From IMG/VR virus record IMGVR_UViG_3300042988_000114, positions 1-62,034 of that record: a stretch of 62,034 bases of DNA; one strand, given 5' to 3'. The notes under the pieces are model-generated. The model searched no databases, was not told where the DNA came from, and was given only the letters and a program-made list of their open reading frames with translations. Below, piece by piece: positions 1-8,397 of this stretch. Position numbers and translations under genes: made by a program. Within the stretch, counting starts at the first letter, position 1. Each line of letters begins with the position of its first letter. Source of the stretch: a virus. Its lineage: Duplodnaviria; Caudoviricetes.

Positions 1-304
1 CTTTAAGGTGAGCATAACCAATGTAGTCAATTTCGTTGTGTGCATCAGCATCTTCTTTAAGAAGATTTAGTGTAGGCCATTCCCACTTAGATGCATCACC
101 ATTGACGTGACGCACACGGAATTTGGGTGAAGATTCTAGTAGAGGCAATAAGGGAATCTCCATATTTGCTAGCACACCGTTAAGGCACAAGTTAATCTCA
201 TCAAGCTCGTCAATGAGTCCGCTTGCATTCATCTTTTCTAGCATTTCGGCAAATACAATTTGCCACCCTGCTAATTCGGGCATATGTAAATAAAACTTTT
301 TCAT
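1..304 (-). CDS. Partial hypothetical protein, possibly glycosyltransferase-related (runs off the window)
   Basis: Manual translation from ATG at 304 (MKKFYLHMPELAGWQ...YIGYAHLK); overlaps the upstream stop (ATGA); lies in a sugar-enzyme cluster. Confidence 0.6.
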   Translation of the reverse strand, partial: MKKFYLHMPELAGWQIVFAEMLEKMNASGLIDELDEINLCLNGVLANMEIPLLPLLESSPKFRVRHVNGDASKWEWPTLNLLKEDADAHNEIDYIGYAHLK

Positions 305-1077
305 TTTTTGTATACTCCAGCTGCCTGGTCCACGTTACTACGTTTTTTAATTAGATCCAATACTTCAGGATCCTGTGCTTGTTCTTTGTAAGGAGCGAAC
401 AATGCTTTACCTCTTGGGTCTGCGTTCTCTTCCGGCTTAGTAACATAATACACCGCAAGACTTTGTCGAACTGTTCCAACCGGGCAAGCTAGTTCTACAG
501 GCAACCCGTGCCAAGAATTTTGCGTTGTGTCAAAAATAATAGCACGGTTAAACTTGTTGTCAACTGTTTTAACACACTGGTTGGGTCCGTTAGTTAAATG
601 ATTGTGGTCCCACAACTCTAGGCCGCCGTTCCACTCAGGTTTCCATTCCGGGGTCATGTAGATAATGATATTCAACTTACGCTGTAGCTTAAGTTTAGGG
701 TGGATACTATAATCGAGATGTATGTTATTCTTTCCGCCCTTGGTATGTGCATGCCACCCGCCACCATGGAGTCCTTGGTCCGGTCTAAGATTTTCATCAC
801 GGATCATAAACTTCATTATGGCGTTAAATTCGTTAGTCAGATAGCTAAATGCTTGATACGTTGCAGAAGGAAAACTGTCCCACCTGTTACAGATTTTCTT
901 ATCTTCAATTGCATTGTGGTAGTGGCCGTGCCATGTTGGGTCGTCATACGCAGGAAATTCGCCAGCTAGCTGTTTAGCAAAATCATCTTGCCAGAAGTTG
1001 TCTATAACAACATGGTTAAATGGTCCCGCTGATAAAAACTGGCGCTGTATCTCATCCCAGTTGTGGTTGTTTAACAT
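301..1077 (-). CDS. 2OG-Fe(II) oxygenase
   Basis: HLD...H facial triad, GGLELW and RQSL motifs; start moved to MLNNHNW after an AGGA RBS. Confidence 0.85.
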   Translation of the reverse strand: MLNNHNWDEIQRQFLSAGPFNHVVIDNFWQDDFAKQLAGEFPAYDDPTWHGHYHNAIEDKKICNRWDSFPSATYQAFSYLTNEFNAIMKFMIRDENLRPDQGLHGGGWHAHTKGGKNNIHLDYSIHPKLKLQRKLNIIIYMTPEWKPEWNGGLELWDHNHLTNGPNQCVKTVDNKFNRAIIFDTTQNSWHGLPVELACPVGTVRQSLAVYYVTKPEENADPRGKALFAPYKEQAQDPEVLDLIKKRSNVDQAAGVYKK

Positions 1078-1078
1078 A

Positions 1079-1786
1079 TTATTCCTTAACTGCTGCACCG
1101 TTTGGTGCAATGGCGCCTTCGAGCCCAATTGGGTACACTTCTGTTACTAAATCAGACGGCAAGTATTTGTACAACATATGCTCAATGTCACAGTATCCGC
1201 CATCAGATACTCTCGATGCAATGTATGTTAGCCCTTTAGCATATACATCAATAATGGTTTCTGTGATGTCGGCAGGCCAGCTCCATAGTCGGCTCATGTA
1301 TTGCAACTCAACACCAGTTACAGTAAGCGGAAACTGGCTTTTGTGTTTTCTTGTAGTCACAATTCGGTTAGATAGTTGATTGTATCTAGATAGATCAAAA
1401 TTATCATTAAGAAGATACCTGCCCGAGATTTTATGCACTCGGTCAACGCCAACTAGATCGCCATCGGCTAAGCACATTTTCAATGCACGAGCAAAACACA
1501 TAACTTCTGTGGTGCTTTTTACTACGTCCCAGTTATCGCTTTGATAAATTGCTTTAACTTCTGCGTCACCAGTGAAGTCAATTAGAATATCGGCGGCTGC
1601 ATCTAATGCAGATTCTTGGTCTGCTGTGAGAGGCTCGCCACAAATTTCTGTAACAATGATTTTAACTCCCGGTACTCTAGAACGCACACTAGCAATTGTT
1701 GCCAATGTTTGTTCTAGACGTTGTGCCGGGGTATATACACCAAATTTGCTATTAATGGCGCTAGTTACTATAAAGGCGTGGTTCAT
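1079..1786 (-). CDS. Hypothetical protein, possibly glycosyltransferase-like
   Basis: FIVTSAI and KISGRY motifs; translationally coupled to the dehydratase. Confidence 0.55.
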   Translation of the reverse strand: MNHAFIVTSAINSKFGVYTPAQRLEQTLATIASVRSRVPGVKIIVTEICGEPLTADQESALDAAADILIDFTGDAEVKAIYQSDNWDVVKSTTEVMCFARALKMCLADGDLVGVDRVHKISGRYLLNDNFDLSRYNQLSNRIVTTRKHKSQFPLTVTGVELQYMSRLWSWPADITETIIDVYAKGLTYIASRVSDGGYCDIEHMLYKYLPSDLVTEVYPIGLEGAIAPNGAAVKE

Positions 1787-2823
1787 TTGCTCAACCAACG
1801 CTTATTTGCTAGTGTCCAGTCCACTACTTGCTTAACCCGCTCGCTGAACTTAATACGTGGTTCCCATCCCAACGACTTCATGTACTCACCGCTCATTGCA
1901 TAACGCAAGTCGTGACCCGGGCGTTGGCTGTGGAAGTCTACCATTTCGTATTTGAGTTCTTTGCCCTGTGCTGCTGCAACCATACGTGCCAGACTTAGGT
2001 TGTCAACTTCCTCCGGGCCAACAAGATTAAACTTTGGACACTTAGCACCGCCAAAATCTCGTTCAAGATTGCTAACGTCTAGGTCCAAAATAAACATTAA
2101 GCCTTCGGCTACGTCCTTTGCGTGGATGTAGTGGCGGGTGCCTGCTTCAGTTTTTTCCGGGTTAGCGTGGATAGTAATTGTTTCCCCATCACGCACCTTT
2201 TGAATACACATAGGAATAAACTTCTCAGGGTGCTGGCGTTCGCCAAACACGTTCATTGTATGCGTAATAACGATGGGCAGCTTATAAGTGTTTTCAAAAG
2301 CAATACACATCTCTTCACCAGCGGCCTTTGACGCACTGTACGGGTTTGTGGCATTATAACGATCTCGTTCTGTGTAATTTACGCCTTTTGGTGCTGGACC
2401 AAAAACTTCGTCTGTGGAGAAGTATACAAAGCGTTCTAGATTTTTTAGAGTACGTGCATAGTTAAGCAAGTTAACCGTACCAACAACGTTATCCATAACA
2501 AATTCCATTGGGAACTCGATACTACGATCAACGTGGCTTCCTGCTGCTAGGTGCAAGACAATATTAATGTCTCCAAGCATGTCTTGGATCATTGGGTTCA
2601 ATTCTGCTTTAAGGTCGTGGTAGACCACTTGCACCCGACGGCGTTGCTCTACCTCAAAGTCCTGCATGACATCACTCAAGCGGTTTAGGTTGCCGCTGAA
2701 ATCCAAGCGGTCAAGGCAGACAATGTTCCAGTCTGTGGTTTTGATAATGTTTTCAATTACGTGATGAGCAATGAAACCGGCGCCGCCGGTAATTAATACG
2801 TTCTTAGACAAGTGTTTCTCCAA
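1783..2823 (-). CDS. rmlB: dTDP-glucose 4,6-dehydratase-like NAD-dependent epimerase/dehydratase
   Basis: GGAGFIA Rossmann motif, SHVDRSI, STDEV, YSASK, RPGHDLRY. Confidence 0.9.
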   Translation of the reverse strand: MEKHLSKNVLITGGAGFIAHHVIENIIKTTDWNIVCLDRLDFSGNLNRLSDVMQDFEVEQRRRVQVVYHDLKAELNPMIQDMLGDINIVLHLAAGSHVDRSIEFPMEFVMDNVVGTVNLLNYARTLKNLERFVYFSTDEVFGPAPKGVNYTERDRYNATNPYSASKAAGEEMCIAFENTYKLPIVITHTMNVFGERQHPEKFIPMCIQKVRDGETITIHANPEKTEAGTRHYIHAKDVAEGLMFILDLDVSNLERDFGGAKCPKFNLVGPEEVDNLSLARMVAAAQGKELKYEMVDFHSQRPGHDLRYAMSGEYMKSLGWEPRIKFSERVKQVVDWTLANKRWLSK

Positions 2824-2908
2824 TGTTGTTTGATAGAGTATTTATTTGCTAATTTTACAGTATTGCGGTTTCTATTTTCAACCGCAGTGTTACCTAAATA
2901 AATACCTT

Positions 2909-3469
2909 ATGAAAGATATCAACGAATTACGCAGTGCCTGGAAAGGCCATAGAGAATTTGCCAATTGGTTAGTTAACCATTTGCAACCCACAACCATAGT
3001 TGACCTAGGAGTTGATTATGGATTTAGCTTGTTCTGCTTTGCTGAGCCTAACATAGGCCGTGTAGTCGGAATTGATAGCTTTGAAGGCGATATACATGCA
3101 GGATCGCACACTGATGCACACGATACAGTGCTAGATTACATCCAAGAGAACCAGTACACAAACATAGAACTAATCAAGGGCATGTTTGATGATGTTGTTG
3201 TAAATTGGAACAAGAATATTGATATCCTACACATAGACGGACTACATACATACGAAGCTGCATTAAACGACTACCAGAAATGGAGTAAGTTTGTTCCAGA
3301 TAATGGTATTATCCTAATGCACGATACTGTGGCTTTTCCAGCAGGAGTAGGCAGAGTGTTTGCAGAAATCACATTACCAAAATTAAACTTTCCGCATTCA
3401 GCAGGACTAGGTGTTGTTAGTAAAAATGCAGAACTAATCAACCAAATAAAAGAAAAATTTAATCAATGA
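2909..3469 (+). CDS. Class I SAM-dependent methyltransferase
   Basis: VDLGVDYGFS, IDILHIDGLHTY, MHD motifs; start after TAAATA. Confidence 0.85.
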   Translation: MKDINELRSAWKGHREFANWLVNHLQPTTIVDLGVDYGFSLFCFAEPNIGRVVGIDSFEGDIHAGSHTDAHDTVLDYIQENQYTNIELIKGMFDDVVVNWNKNIDILHIDGLHTYEAALNDYQKWSKFVPDNGIILMHDTVAFPAGVGRVFAEITLPKLNFPHSAGLGVVSKNAELINQIKEKFNQ

Positions 3470-4221
3470 AGATTGTAGTTATTACCGGTGGGTTTGATCC
3501 CATCCACAGTGGCCATATTGCTTACATCAAAGAAGCTGCAAAGCTAGGTGACAGATTGATGATCGGCCTAAACAGTGACGCATGGCTAGAACGTAAAAAA
3601 GGTCGTGCCTTTATGCCTTGGAACGAACGCAGTGAAATTCTAAAGAATATCAAAGGTGTAGACAATGTATTGGCGTGGGACGACAGTGATGGGTCTGCTT
3701 GTGCATTGCTAGAAGAACTTAAATTCAACTACATCTATGCAGATATTATTTTTGCAAACGGTGGAGACCGCACAAAGGAAAACATTCCAGAGATGCAGGT
3801 ACACGGAATCAACTTTGCGTTTGGCGTGGGCGGCGATGACAAGAAAAACTCAAGTAGTTGGATCTTGCAAGAGTGGAAAGAGCCCAAGACTGAACGTCAA
3901 TGGGGATATTATCGCACAGTGTACGATCAACCTGGCACAAAGGTTAAAGAGCTAACTGTGGAGCCCGGTAAGAGTTTAAGCCTACAAAAGCATGCACATC
4001 GTTCAGAGTATTGGCATGTGGTATCTGGGCGTTGTGTAGTAGAACAACAAATGCCAAACGGGTATCAAATACCGCCACGCACTTTAGAAGCACACAGCAA
4101 TATTGCAATACCCGTTGGTGAATGGCATAAGTTAGTTAATCCGTTTGACGAGCCTTGTCGCATTGTAGAAATACAATACGGCACAAGCTGCACAGAATCG
4201 GATATTACCAGGAAAGATTAA
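3466..4221 (+). CDS. Cytidylyltransferase-like domain fused to a mannose-6-phosphate isomerase-type cupin
   Basis: GGFDPIHSGH (HxGH), ANGGDR; C-terminal SLQKHAHRSEYW...EIQYG. Confidence 0.85.
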   Translation: MKIVVITGGFDPIHSGHIAYIKEAAKLGDRLMIGLNSDAWLERKKGRAFMPWNERSEILKNIKGVDNVLAWDDSDGSACALLEELKFNYIYADIIFANGGDRTKENIPEMQVHGINFAFGVGGDDKKNSSSWILQEWKEPKTERQWGYYRTVYDQPGTKVKELTVEPGKSLSLQKHAHRSEYWHVVSGRCVVEQQMPNGYQIPPRTLEAHSNIAIPVGEWHKLVNPFDEPCRIVEIQYGTSCTESDITRKD

Positions 4222-4379
4222 TCCTGGTCATCTGCGGTAATCTTCTGGCCCAAGTGGCTTTTGATTACCCGCATGAGTTTACGCTCTGTATCGTAAACAT
4301 ATTCCTTGGTGTCATCTTCTGTATGCACAATAAGGATAAAGCCGTTCGCTGCTTTGCGAATTTCAATTGATTCAAACAT
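4218..4379 (-). CDS. Small hypothetical protein (53 aa)
   Basis: Manual translation MFESIEIRKAANGFILIV...; sigma70-like promoter upstream. Confidence 0.6.
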   Translation of the reverse strand: MFESIEIRKAANGFILIVHTEDDTKEYVYDTERKLMRVIKSHLGQKITADDQD

Positions 4380-4459
4380 AGTTGCCTATTAGTAGTTGAA
4401 CTATGATTATAACAGATTAAGAAATTTTAGTCAATAAAAAAGCCCAATCTGTTTCCAGA

Positions 4460-5059
4460 TTAGGCTGTGTAGTTTATTGTAATAACAAAACGTTTATCAT
4501 GCTCTCTAGGGTGCGAACTAGAATGAAAACGTAAACCATCAAAAATACAAACCCTGTTCTTCTTAGGTGTAGACCTATAGGCTTCTGTGAACGTTGTATT
4601 CTTTGTGTAATGACTGATTACTTCGTCTGTGATATTGGTATCGGGTGGCACAAGTTCATTTAACTTTTCATTGAACAACACTGTATCACCATCAGAGTCA
4701 CTTGCATAGTAGCATGCAGTGTAATGATTGGTTGTAAAGTCAACGTGTGGAGTATTGTAAATCTCTGCAGGCTTCGACGATGTTAGCAATAGACCAACTC
4801 TAATACGGAGAAGGTCTCTAATCTTTACACCATGTGCTGCTTCGATACTGTAGATAATTGGCTTGAAAAATGCATAGTACTGACTTGGCTCGCTGCCAAA
4901 GTTGTAAACAAGGTGTGCCAATCCACCGTTGTTATTGTAACCTTGATATGTTACATCATTTGCATAGTACCATGGAAATTGAAATTGAGTGATGTCTTGC
5001 TCAATTTGATCTGCGTACCCTTGCGGTAGCACGTTATCGATTATTTTTATGTCTGTCAT
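4460..5059 (-). CDS. 2OG-Fe(II) oxygenase
   Basis: PHVD, YYASDSDGDT, FDGLRFHSS, KRFVITIN. Confidence 0.8.
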   Translation of the reverse strand: MTDIKIIDNVLPQGYADQIEQDITQFQFPWYYANDVTYQGYNNNGGLAHLVYNFGSEPSQYYAFFKPIIYSIEAAHGVKIRDLLRIRVGLLLTSSKPAEIYNTPHVDFTTNHYTACYYASDSDGDTVLFNEKLNELVPPDTNITDEVISHYTKNTTFTEAYRSTPKKNRVCIFDGLRFHSSSHPREHDKRFVITINYTA

Positions 5060-5063
5060 AAAT

Positions 5064-5137
5064 TGGAGCGGGATAGCGGAATCGAACCGCTGACTTGAAC
5101 TTGGAAGGATCTCGTTTTACCATTAAACTAATCCCGC
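5064..5137 (-). tRNA. tRNA-Gly(TCC)
   Basis: Cloverleaf, anticodon loop CTTCCAA, CCA end. Confidence 0.95.
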
Positions 5138-5142
5138 TAATT

Positions 5143-5217
5143 TGGTGGGTGATGAGAGGATCGAACTCCCGACAAACTGCGTGTAAGGCAGCGACTCTAC
5201 CGCTGAGCTAATCACCC
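5143..5217 (-). tRNA. tRNA-Val(TAC)
   Basis: Cloverleaf, loop CTTACAC, CCA end. Confidence 0.95.
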
Positions 5218-5221
5218 ATAT

Positions 5222-5300
5222 TGGTTGCAAAGGCAGGATTTGAACCTGCGATCTCCAGCTTATGAGACTGGCGAGGACGTCCGGACTCCTCTACTCTGCT
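5222..5300 (-). tRNA. tRNA-Met(CAT), initiator-like
   Basis: Loop CTCATAA, unpaired 1:72, CCA end. Confidence 0.85.
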
Positions 5301-5307
5301 TCAATAT

Positions 5308-5874
5308 TTATACCAGTTGCTCTGCCTGTAGCAAAGAAACTGTATCTGCATCCAATTCAATCTCAGTGCGAACGTTAAGTTCCAACACCTTGTCATTGAT
5401 GCTTTGTTTTTGTTTCTTCAGGTTACGCATTTCTGCCTTGTAACCCTCGAGCTGACTTGCTTCAAGCACGCCAGTGTCAACTGTGTCGTTGTAACCGTAA
5501 ATACGGCTATTCTTGTCTTGGCCGCGAAGCTTCTCTAGCTTGCCTTCAATGACTGCTGTATCCTCGACAACCTTGCTTTCAGTTAGGCCTTTCAAGTGAC
5601 CCAGGCGCTTGTCGATGAATGCTGCGTCTGTTAACAGATCTGCAACACCAGCTTCTGTGTTAGCACGACCAACCTTTGCACGGATGCTGTACAAGGCCTT
5701 GGTCAACTGTGTACGCTTGGCATCGTTGCGGATCAGAGCCTCACGTGCTGTAGTCAGTACTGAAGTGGTGCTTTGAAACTCGTTAAGGGAAACTGTCAAT
5801 GCGATATCGATCGTCTTGATGTGTTCCTGGATTGTGTTTTGTAGGGCGTTTGCTTTGCGAAGTGTTAGTTTCAT
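5308..5874 (-). CDS. Coiled-coil hypothetical protein (weakly reminiscent of the DIP1984 family)
   Basis: 188-aa helical ORF with AAGGA RBS. Confidence 0.75.
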   Translation of the reverse strand: MKLTLRKANALQNTIQEHIKTIDIALTVSLNEFQSTTSVLTTAREALIRNDAKRTQLTKALYSIRAKVGRANTEAGVADLLTDAAFIDKRLGHLKGLTESKVVEDTAVIEGKLEKLRGQDKNSRIYGYNDTVDTGVLEASQLEGYKAEMRNLKKQKQSINDKVLELNVRTEIELDADTVSLLQAEQLV

Positions 5875-5909
5875 AATCGAGTTCCTTTCTGTTTGATTTT
5901 AATAGGGGT

Positions 5910-6145
5910 GCAACGTATGGCAAGTCAATTGCGGGACAATGTGCAATGTACATTAGATTGAGTTGATTTTCAGGGCAACCTTTTTCTAAAGCAAAATACA
6001 ACAAGCAGAGGATACCAATATCGCCGAGCATCAACAAACAAGCAACTCAATGCCAATTCATCTCGGAGCACTGGATCACGATTGTTATTCCAATATAGCT
6101 TTCAAGGCTGTATTGAATGTGCAATCTCTCATCTCCATACGCTAC
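5910..6145 (-). ncRNA. Structured leader with repeated UUG motifs, closed by an 11-bp stem
   Basis: GUAGCGUAUGG pairs with CCAUACGUUGC; about 19 UUG triplets in the element. Confidence 0.5.
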
Positions 6146-6171
6146 AGCTAGTTTTAAGAAACTAGCAAAAA

Positions 6172-6247
6172 TGGAGGACGGTGTAGGAGTTTAACCTACC
6201 TTATACCGAGTTTGCAATCCGGCGCATAAACGCTCTGCCAACCGTCC
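6172..6247 (-). tRNA. tRNA-Cys(GCA)
   Basis: Cloverleaf, anticodon GCA, atypical T-loop TTAAACT, CCA end. Confidence 0.85.
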
Positions 6248-6342
6248 ATATTAGTCTGGTGGTTGAACCTATTTCAAGTTCAACGCTCTCGTCGTGCTTC
6301 ATAGTCCAGCGAATCGCCTTAGCTCCACACAATCACCAAATT

Positions 6343-6416
6343 CTTATTTAGAAACACATTCGCTGGACCCATCCAAACCGTAAAATCTTTCAGGAACAAA
6401 TGTGCTTTCAAATAAG
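6343..6416 (-). repeat. Conserved-stem hairpin cassette A (divergent copy)
   Basis: cttatttagaaacacatt ... aatgtgctttcaaataag inverted arms. Confidence 0.6.
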
Positions 6417-6503
6417 TTGCTTCTACCGTTTGGGTTGCTGTGGACTTGCTACTATGATTTCACAAGCTACCCACTACCTATCCAACTTTAACCATCAAAG
6501 CAT

Positions 6504-6611
6504 ACTTATATGTAAACACACTGTAGTACATAACACCTTGCTGTCATGCTAACCTGGAATACGGCTCCAATTAAGTATACCGAAATAACATCAATGTGTT
6601 TGCATATAAGT
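6504..6611 (-). repeat. Conserved-stem hairpin cassette B
   Basis: acttatatgtaaacacactg ... caatgtgtttgcatataagt. Confidence 0.75.
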
Positions 6612-7455
6612 GGAGGACTGAGAATACATCTCTCCCAACAACACCTCGAGCATTATTACAAACCTTGCGAGTCTGCTTTCTCTCGACTTCCACTAAACCC
6701 ATATTGCTATGTAGCCTAGTCTGCTGTCAGCATCGCCGTTTTTAAAGCCAGGCAGTAGGCTTGTCGTCACATGCTATTCTATGCTTTCTATCCCGTTGAC
6801 CTTGCGAGCCATTAAGTCTTGCGAACTACGAAACTTCCTGCATAAACAGATTTCACCTTGCGAGTTACGTCTGACTAGATTCACTTGCGTGTCTAGTATT
6901 AGATGCTTTTCACATATGACCGAGTCAGTCTTTGCGTTTTAATGATAGTGAGAATCGAACCCACCGCATTCTGTTTAAGAGACAGATGTTCTACCAATGA
7001 ACTATATCAACCTACTGCGATGTGCTGACTCAGTTGCTGCGTAAAGTTTTGGCTCTACACAATACAACACACCACGTACCTTTCCTCTTGCGGAGTAATC
7101 AGTCGTCTTTCGCGACCAGCGTCTGCATTACTACAGCCACCACCCACTAAAACTGCATACGAGCTCTTAGGTGCAACCCTTCGAACCAATACACTACCCT
7201 TTCTCATACCAATTAACAAAGTTGGTTTCGCATAGAAGTCAGCACCACCTGTTACTTTCCATCTACTCAAGTTCCCCTTGATGCAATCTCAGGCTTGTAA
7301 GCAAACGTTCTTCCCTATGCACTTTGCGTCACTGTTACATCCACCCGTCGCTGAGTGAACGCTCCCTCACAGGAGTGAGCAGGCTTGTCTAAATGAACTA
7401 TTGCTAGCGGAGTTATGTAGGCATACCTCCTTTGGCTGTGTCACCACAGTTATTC
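6612..7455 (-). ncRNA. Probable GOLLD RNA (about 845 nt)
   Basis: No credible ORF; many GCAA tetraloop hairpins (CUCGCAAG near 6664, 6801, 6857); size, phage tRNA-cluster context and internal tRNA match the GOLLD class; boundaries approximate. Confidence 0.72.
6940..7011 (-). tRNA. tRNA-Lys(CTT)-like element inside the putative GOLLD RNA, no CCA
   Basis: Intact D arm, TCTGT-CTCTTAA-ACAGA anticodon arm, GGTTCGATTC T arm; frayed acceptor end. Confidence 0.8.
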
Positions 7456-7512
7456 TTCGCATCAAGCTGGGCGAACCATACTCTTTGCAGGACATTAAAC
7501 TGCCCTTTAATT

Positions 7513-7673
7513 CTTAACATTGCGAAACATACTGGTGGACTACCGCGTTACTCTACGCCAAATAGTAAACTTAATCCAACTGCGTCCAGTTGCGATCAAA
7601 TGCGTCTACTACTCCAGTTCGTTAGTCTGGCTGTGCATGAACTCAAAATCCAGTTCTGCTTCGCAATGTTAAG
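7513..7673 (-). ncRNA. Unknown rod-like RNA with a long terminal stem
   Basis: cttaacattgcgaaacatactgg / ccagttctgcttcgcaatgttaag arms; internal stems. Confidence 0.5.
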
Positions 7674-7676
7674 TAA

Positions 7677-7830
7677 GTTCTTATACAATTGCACACACGC
7701 AGGAATCGAAACCTGCTGCACTTATTTTAAGAAAGTGCATGTTGCCTTATAGCAAACAGTTTCGAACCTGCTTACTACTACATCAGCTCTGTTTTCGACG
7801 CAGAACCTCTGTGTGCATGTGTATAAGAAC
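7677..7830 (-). ncRNA. Unknown RNA with three T-loop-like hairpins
   Basis: Terminal stem gttcttatac..gcacac / gtgtgc..gtataagaac; UCGA loops inside. Confidence 0.5.
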
Positions 7831-7846
7831 TCTTATACGTTATCTA

Positions 7847-7920
7847 TTTTAAAGAACTCGGTTAGTTAGCACAATGTCTAACTAAGCTTCTATTGTAGCA
7901 AACATTTCATTTGCTGTCAA
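7847..7920 (-). promoter_or_regulatory. Sigma70 promoter followed by a boxB-like hairpin and boxA
   Basis: TTGACA-17-TACAAT with TG extension; TTAGTTAG/CTAACTAA hairpin; GTTCTTTAAAA. Confidence 0.75.
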
Positions 7921-7931
7921 CAGTTATTTAG

Positions 7932-8222
7932 AAATTTATTTTGATGCCTCTTTTTACCTGCTTACAAGGTTACGGGTAAGACTTGCGTCTTTCAGTTGAC
8001 CCTCATGCAACCAGTAGAGTGTTACTCTACCCTATTGCAATCCTGGTTCCTGCGTATTGCTACGTGGAACAGATCGTTTCTAACTCATAGGTGTTAGACG
8101 CCACTGTAGTCTCTTACAAACTACACAAGAGTGCCCAGCTTTCTATCTGGACCGGATTTTCGGCAAGAGTCACGCAACCTATTAGCGTGGTACGCCTGCT
8201 TACTTTACATCAAAACAAATTT
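7932..8222 (-). ncRNA. Unknown multi-hairpin RNA (about 290 nt)
   Basis: 15-bp closing stem aaatttattttgatg / catcaaaacaaattt; several hairpins; no ORF; directly after boxA. Confidence 0.6.
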
Positions 8223-8285
8223 TTAAAGAACGTTTGTTAATTGCTTAACATGTGTGTATTGTAACACATTTTTCTTTATTGTCAA
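8221..8285 (-). promoter_or_regulatory. Sigma70 promoter followed by a boxB-like hairpin and boxA
   Basis: TTGACA-16-TACAAT; GTTAA-GCAA-TTAAC hairpin; CGTTCTTTAAAA. Confidence 0.78.
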
Positions 8286-8304
8286 CTACTGTTGAAAATA
8301 AACT

Positions 8305-8389
8305 TGGTGCGGATGGTCGGACTCGAACCGACACGCCTTTCGGCGCTAGAACCTAAATCTAGTGCGGCTACCAATTACGCCACATCCGC
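8305..8389 (-). tRNA. tRNA-Leu(TAG)
   Basis: Long variable arm, loop TTTAGGT, CCA end. Confidence 0.95.
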
Positions 8390-8397
8390 TTAGATAA

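Noticed and set aside
6257-6338. Additional tRNA
   Set aside because: Ends in ACCA with a terminal stem but has no normal T or anticodon arm; at most another unclassified small RNA.
7055-7752. ORFs 7055-7270 and 7432-7752
   Set aside because: They lie within structured RNAs and have no RBS or protein motifs.
7932-8222. RNase P RNA
   Set aside because: GAAAAUCCGG only loosely resembles GGAAAGUCC, and the 3' P4 strand is not evident.
8305-8389. Suppressor tRNA or stop-codon recoding
   Set aside because: Anticodons TAG, TAA and TGA read Leu/Leu/Ser codons; no CTA, TTA or TCA anticodon seen, and core genes are intact in the standard code.
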